NCBI GenBank assembly: GCA_964454905.1
Contig: CAYVTR010000004.1
Span: 7,309 to 71,308, forward strand
Direction: 5' to 3'
Source: an uncultured Woeseia sp.
GTDB lineage: Bacteria > Pseudomonadota > Gammaproteobacteria > Steroidobacterales > UBA11654
DNA: 64,000 nt
A program made the translations under genes and the position numbers. This document shows, piece by piece, positions 63,465 to 64,000 of the stretch. Numbering within the stretch: the stretch's first letter is position 1; each line of letters opens with the position of its first letter. The notes beneath the pieces are model-generated. The model made no database searches and was not told where the DNA came from. It saw only the letters and a program-made list of their open reading frames with translations.

Positions 63465-64000
63465 TTATGAAAGATAGGTTTTTGTTTCACTAATAATTCC
63501 GTCCATAGGAATGTCCCAGGTGTTTATTTCAAGAGCATTGACTTTCTGTAGCTCATAAGCAAGTCCAATGAGTAGGGGAGAGCGTGTTTCTGACGATGTC
63601 TGTTTAAATGCCAATGCACGGTCATAATAGCCTCCACCCATGCCAAGTCGGTTGCAATTAGAATCAAACGCGACTAATGGAACAATCACTAGATCAAGAA
63701 TGTCTGCTGTTATGAGATCTTCTGTTTTGGTTACAGGCTCAGGAATTCCAAACTTGTTGTTATTTAAATGATCTCCAGATTTATAAGGCCCAAACATCAA
63801 TTGGTTTGACTTGATTATTGGTAGAAATAATTCTTTATTTTTTGTCCATAAATGCTTAATAATTTGCACAGTAGTCACTTCATTGTTTACTGAGTAATAA
63901 ATAGCAATTCTTTTTTTATCTTTGAGAATATTTGAAGCTAAAATATTTCTAAAAATTGCTTCCCCTAATTGATCCACATTTTCACTTGGGAGTTGATCCC
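63465..64000 (-). CDS. ygfA: 5-formyltetrahydrofolate cyclo-ligase (5' end beyond window)
   Basis: GMGGGYYDR motif and ...WD.P.D... C-terminus. The reading frame stays open upstream of the GTG at 63977 to the window edge, so the true start is probably past nt 64000. Confidence 0.85.
   Translation of the reverse strand, partial: DQLPSENVDQLGEAIFRNILASNILKDKKRIAIYYSVNNEVTTVQIIKHLWTKNKELFLPIIKSNQLMFGPYKSGDHLNNNKFGIPEPVTKTEDLITADILDLVIVPLVAFDSNCNRLGMGGGYYDRALAFKQTSSETRSPLLIGLAYELQKVNALEINTWDIPMDGIISETKTYLS

Overview
AT-rich (mid-30s % GC by eye, not computed), very compact chromosomal segment. All calls come from motifs and remembered E. coli orthologues; no database search was possible. Gene order matches Gammaproteobacteria: birA / thrU-tyrU-glyT-thrT-type tRNA cluster / tufB-context tuf / secE-nusG-rplKAJL-rpoBC; miaB-ybeZ-ybeY-corC-lnt-leuS-lptE ... 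holA-rsfS-rlmH; yhdP ... tldD. A streamlined free-living lineage is my inference. Nt 2188-33347 is a nearly uninterrupted plus-strand translation/transcription supercluster. It holds 5 tRNAs, tuf, secE, nusG, rplKAJL, rpoBC, and rpsL-rpsG-fusA joined directly to the S10-spc-alpha operons (rpsJ to rplQ, including secY, rpmJ, rpoA), then trpS. The rest is housekeeping: uvrA/ssb, tdk, a nupC-family transporter, cysS, sufE-like, yidD, purE, purC, rpe, rplM-rpsI, rpiA and others. I see no rRNA, CRISPR, transposase/integrase, prophage or recognisable defence or toxin genes. So this is mostly an ordinary core region, and no finding amounts to a demonstrated new system. The items most worth a second look are: (1) a pmbA-coupled pair of uncharacterised secreted proteins (57603-59264), a beta-propeller-like protein and a small protein with three 35-aa His/DK-KLQ repeats, both predicted to mature with an N-terminal His; (2) a 386-aa mini YhdP in conserved synteny (52275-53435); (3) a tight hisI / 2OG-Fe(II) oxygenase / nucleoside transporter operon converging on tdk, inside a 5.6 kb synteny break between lptE and holA; (4) a lone 237-nt spacer between rpsJ and rplC, in an operon set that otherwise has almost no room for the classical autoregulatory leaders; (5) perfect in-frame tandem repeats giving acidic tails on L3 and L5, and an acidic N-terminal extension on RpoA.
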